A DNA stretch of 63,980 nucleotides, the filler included, from Octopus bimaculoides (taxonomy: Eukaryota), in assembly GCF_001194135.2 (NCBI RefSeq). It is 4 parts of 4 records of this genome, joined end to end, with 100 filler letters (N's around TTAATTAATTAA, not from the genome) between each part and the next. Parts side by side here need not be neighbours in the genome. Positions count along the whole stretch, not along the records: positions 60,537 to 63,980 come from NC_069003.1; 3 more parts are not named here. One strand, 5' to 3'. Positions 60,537-63,980 of this stretch are shown piece after piece. Made by a program: the position numbers and the translations under genes. Every line of letters starts with the position of its first letter. Position 1 is the first letter of the stretch. The notes under the pieces are model-generated. The model was given only the letters and a program-made list of their open reading frames with translations, was not told where the DNA came from and did no database searches.

Positions 60537-61399
60537 GAACTTATGCCCGACCTCCCAAATCTATTTTGCAGTTTAGTCAACACGTTCGCCGAAGATGTCA
60601 GGGGAATCGGGTGGAGGTGTGTGGAAACCGAACGAAAATCACTGGCGGAGTGAAGAGGAGGAGGAGGGGGGTTAGCAAAAGAAGAAGGAAGAGAAGGAAG
60701 AGAAGAAAGAGGAGGAGGGGTGGTGGTGGTGGTGGTGGTGGTAAAAGAAGGAAGGGAAGAAAATGGAGGGGTGTGGGTAGCGGTGGTGGCAATGGTGGTG
60801 GTGGTGGTAGTAAAAGGAGAAGAAGAAGAAGAAGAAGAAGAAGATGATGAAGAAGAAGAAAAGGTGGCGGGGAAAGAAGAGAAAAACAACAATAACAACA
60901 AGGTGGAGGAAACGATGATGACAATTTTCTTTTAAAGAAAAAAAGAAAAAAAAACAATAAAAAAAGGGATACTATGAAGAGAAGAAGACGGTTCCAAGAA
61001 TAGAAACAAAATTGAAATGAAAAATAAACTGAAACCTCAAAAAGCATCAAAGGTTTTCGAAGCGTTGATTCCTGTGGTTTATGGTAAGTGGAGGGGTGGA
61101 GGAGGAGACAGACAGACAGACATAAAATACAATAACAGAGATGACGTGTCATCATGTGTCTACCCATAACCTGAAATGTGAAAAAGAGTTCTTCTTCCCG
61201 AAAGCGTCATAATATTTCTTCAAAAATTTGTTCGCTGACGAGTTCTTTGACGGATCATTAATATAACTTGTTCTAACTTGTTTTGCAACATGTTCAAGAG
61301 GGTTAAGTTGTGTTTCTTTCCACGGAGAGGGTAACAGGATAATTGGAATAGCATACGAAAGCCAAGTGACTTTATTTGTTTATTCTAACCATAAATAAC

Positions 61400-61960
61400 G
61401 TTTGAAAATAGACCAGGCCAAAAGTAGGAGAGTCTGTGGTTTTCAGAAACGCAGCGGCATTCTGAAAGGTTATGTGCATCGTTCCGAAAGAAGTGCATCG
61501 TTTGAAACGATTTGTGCGTTCTTCAGAAAAAAGTACAACGTTTGAAACGATGTGTGTGGCCCTCTGAAAAAAGTACAAGGTCTGAAACTATCTGTGGCTT
61601 TCTGGAAGAAGTACCAGGTCTGAAACGATGCATGTCGTCTTTTGAAAAAAGTACAACGTTTGAATCGATGTGTGTGGCCCTCTAAAGAAAGTACAAGGTT
61701 TGAAACCATCTGTGCCTTTCTTGAAGAGGTACCAGGTCTGAAACGATGCATGTGGTCTTTTGAAAAAAGTACAACGTTTGAAACGATGTATGTAGCCCTC
61801 TGAAAAAAGTACAAGGTTTGAAACGATGTGTGAGCTTCTGAAAGTACGATGTTTAAAATGATGAATGTGGCCTTCTGAAAGGACTACAAAGCTTGAAAGG
61901 CCATGTGCAGCCTTGTGAAAGAAGCACCAAGTCTAGAAAGCTATGTACGGTTTTCTGAAA
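61400..61960. repeat. Minisatellite of 38-40 bp units with 118 bp higher-order trimer
   Basis: Units begin TGAAAC; A(40)-B(40)-C(38) at 61503-61620, repeated at 61621-61738, then A-B at 61739-61818; degenerate units on both sides. Confidence 0.9.
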
Positions 61961-62477
61961 GTAGTAGTAGTAGTAGTAATCAAGGAGAAAACGTTTCTGG
62001 AATGTCCTGATGTCTTAATGCGAGATTGAATTGTCTTCTGTAAACAGCTGTCAACATTTCTTCAGCCAAAAAACTGTACCGGGACGGCTTTCGGTGCACG
62101 TACACGCCAGACGCGCACGCGCTCTCTAATACATTCTCTTTTCTTTTCTTCAACCATTCTCTCCCACCAATTCCCCTCTCCCTTTCTCTCTCTCTCTCTC
62201 TTTCTCTCTCTCACTCCCCCTTCGTATATTTACTTTATATCCGTCACTAGCATTCGATATTCTCTTCTCTTTTTCTTTCTCCCTGTTTCTTTCTTTCTTT
62301 CTCTCTCTCTCTCTCAGTCTTTCACTCTTCATTTCTCCTTCTCCATTTCTCTCTATATCTCTCTCTCTATTCATCACTCTCTCTTTCTCCATTTTTCTCT
62401 ATCTGTCCGTCTCTGTTTCTCTGTCTGTCAGTAACTTTCCGTTTCCATCTCACAGTCCCTCTATCACCATCTCTCCT

Positions 62478-62535
<58 letters not shown>

Positions 62536-63569
62536 NNNNNNNNNNNNNNNNNNNNNNNNNNNNNNNNNNNNNNNNNNNNNNNNNNNNNNNNNNNNNNNNN
62601 NNNNNNNNNNNNNNNNNNNNNNNNNNNNNNNNNNNNNNNNNNNNNNNNNNNNNNNNNNNNNNNNNNNNNNNNNNNNNNNNNNNNNNNNNNNNNNNNNNNN
62701 NNNNNNNNNNNNNNNNNNNNNNNNNNNNNNNNNNNNNNNNNNNNNNNNNNNNNNNNNNNNNNNNNNNNNNNNNNNNNNNNNNNNNNNNNNNNNNNNNNNN
62801 NNNNNNNNNNNNNNNNNNNNNNNNNNNNNNNNNNNNNNNNNNNNNNNNNNNNNNNNNNNNNNNNNNNNNNNNNNNNNNNNNNNNNNNNNNNNNNNNNNNN
62901 NNNNNNNNNNNNNNNNNNNNNNNNNNNNNNNNNNNNNNNNNNNNNNNNNNNNNNNNNNNNNNNNNNNNNNNNNNNNNNNNNNNNNNNNNNNNNNNNNNNN
63001 NNNTCGAGATTTGGATTTTAAAAAGTTACTTATTTAGCACTTCCGATCCTTTTAGGGAGCCATCACGAATAATTTCTTCAAGAAAATTCATACCTTTTAC
63101 ATATATGTGAGTTAAATGAAAAAGACTCTGGAGTTGAATTTGTTTCCTTGAGTTTTGGAAAAAGGGTTGTGTATATATATGTGTATATATATATATATAT
63201 ATAACTTACTTGGAGAAAGATGCGTGGCGTTCGATCATATGATAATATAAATAATATATAAATCGGTGCATCAGCATGGCCGCAGCTCTAAGCTGAAACT
63301 ATAAACAATATATGCATATATCCATACATATATGTACATAACTACATCTATATGTATACATACATGCATATATGGGTACAGGGCATCACCAAAAAAAAAC
63401 GGTAAACACAATGAGAAACGAAAACAGAAAACAAACTTTTTTTTTGAGCAACGAAAAAAAAACAGAGAAACGAGACATGCAACATAAAGAATATTTCCCT
63501 TCGTCAGTTGTCCCTGTTCCATCTACTCCGCGTTTCGAAGGCAAGGGCAATACGCGAATGTGTGTGTAT

Positions 63570-63790
63570 ATGTTCGTGTGCCTGTGTTTGCCCTCCTCCC
63601 ACCACCAACTTCGCTTGACAACCGATGCTGGTGTGTTTACGTCCCCCGTAAACTAGCGGTTCGGCAAAAGAGAAACCGATAGAATAAGTAATAGGCTTAC
63701 AAAGAATAAGTCCTGGGGTCGATTTGCTCGACTAAAGGCGGTGCTCCAGCATGGCCACAGCCAAATGACTGAAACAAGTAAAAGAATAAA
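63570..63790 (+). mobile_element. SINE family A, 3' half
   Basis: CGCTTGACAACCGATGCTGGTGTGTTTACGTCCCCG...GGCGGTGCTCCAGCATGGCC...GAAACAAGTAAAAGA. Confidence 0.92.
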
Positions 63791-63804
63791 AGAATATATA
63801 TATA

Positions 63805-63980
63805 TGGCACAGGAGTGGCTGTGGTAAGTATCTTGCTTATGAACCACATGGTTCCGGGTTCAGTCCCACTGCGTGGCACCTTGGGCAAGTGTCTTCTACT
63901 ATAGCCTAGGGCTGACCAAAGCCTTGTGAGTGGATTTGGTAGACGGAAACTGAAAGAAGCCCGTCGTATATGTATATATA
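63805..63980 (+). mobile_element. SINE family A, 5' half, running off the window
   Basis: GGCACAGGAGTGGCTGTGGTAAG..GGTTCAGTCCCACTGCGTGGCACCTTGGGCAAGTGTCTTCTACTATAGCC. Confidence 0.95.

Noticed and set aside
61081-61089. ATG|GTAAGT perfect splice donor suggesting a first exon
   Set aside because: A single motif with no supporting exon frame or promoter evidence; expected by chance in 64 kb
61503-61818. CRISPR-like array
   Set aside because: Contiguous tandem units without unique spacers, eukaryotic context, no cas genes

Overview
AT-rich, microsatellite-dense eukaryotic DNA with many N gaps. The SINE families, repeat style and retroelement mix look like a coleoid cephalopod, probably Octopus (inference, no database search run). 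No complete host gene is recognisable; one candidate 3'-terminal exon lies at about 4509-4845. The window is mostly mobile-element debris. It holds several tRNA-head SINE families (some with 13-19 bp TSDs) and Penelope-like element (PLE) RT and GIY-YIG fragments. It also holds CR1-like APE/RT fragments, three R4/Dong-type RLE fragments stacked between trinucleotide tracts, an internally deleted mariner, a Tigger-like MITE and a Helitron-like non-autonomous element. The strongest unannotated signal is a set of minimal type I hammerhead ribozyme motifs: a near-canonical one at 52718-52769, two sister copies at 55438-55481 and 24038-24079, and decayed ones at 22513 and 45029. A ~250 bp palindrome at 33898-34146 carries a hammerhead motif in each arm, with complementary lesions. 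Other points of note are a decayed ORF joining a PLE-like N-terminus to a Ulp1/SENP-like protease, a twin-priming-type inverted PLE, a 28S rRNA fragment fused to a SINE, and a minisatellite with higher-order trimer structure. Three 44N-TTAATTAATTAA-44N blocks are artificial scaffold linkers, so adjacency across them is not guaranteed. Most ORFs in the supplied track are microsatellite or N artefacts.
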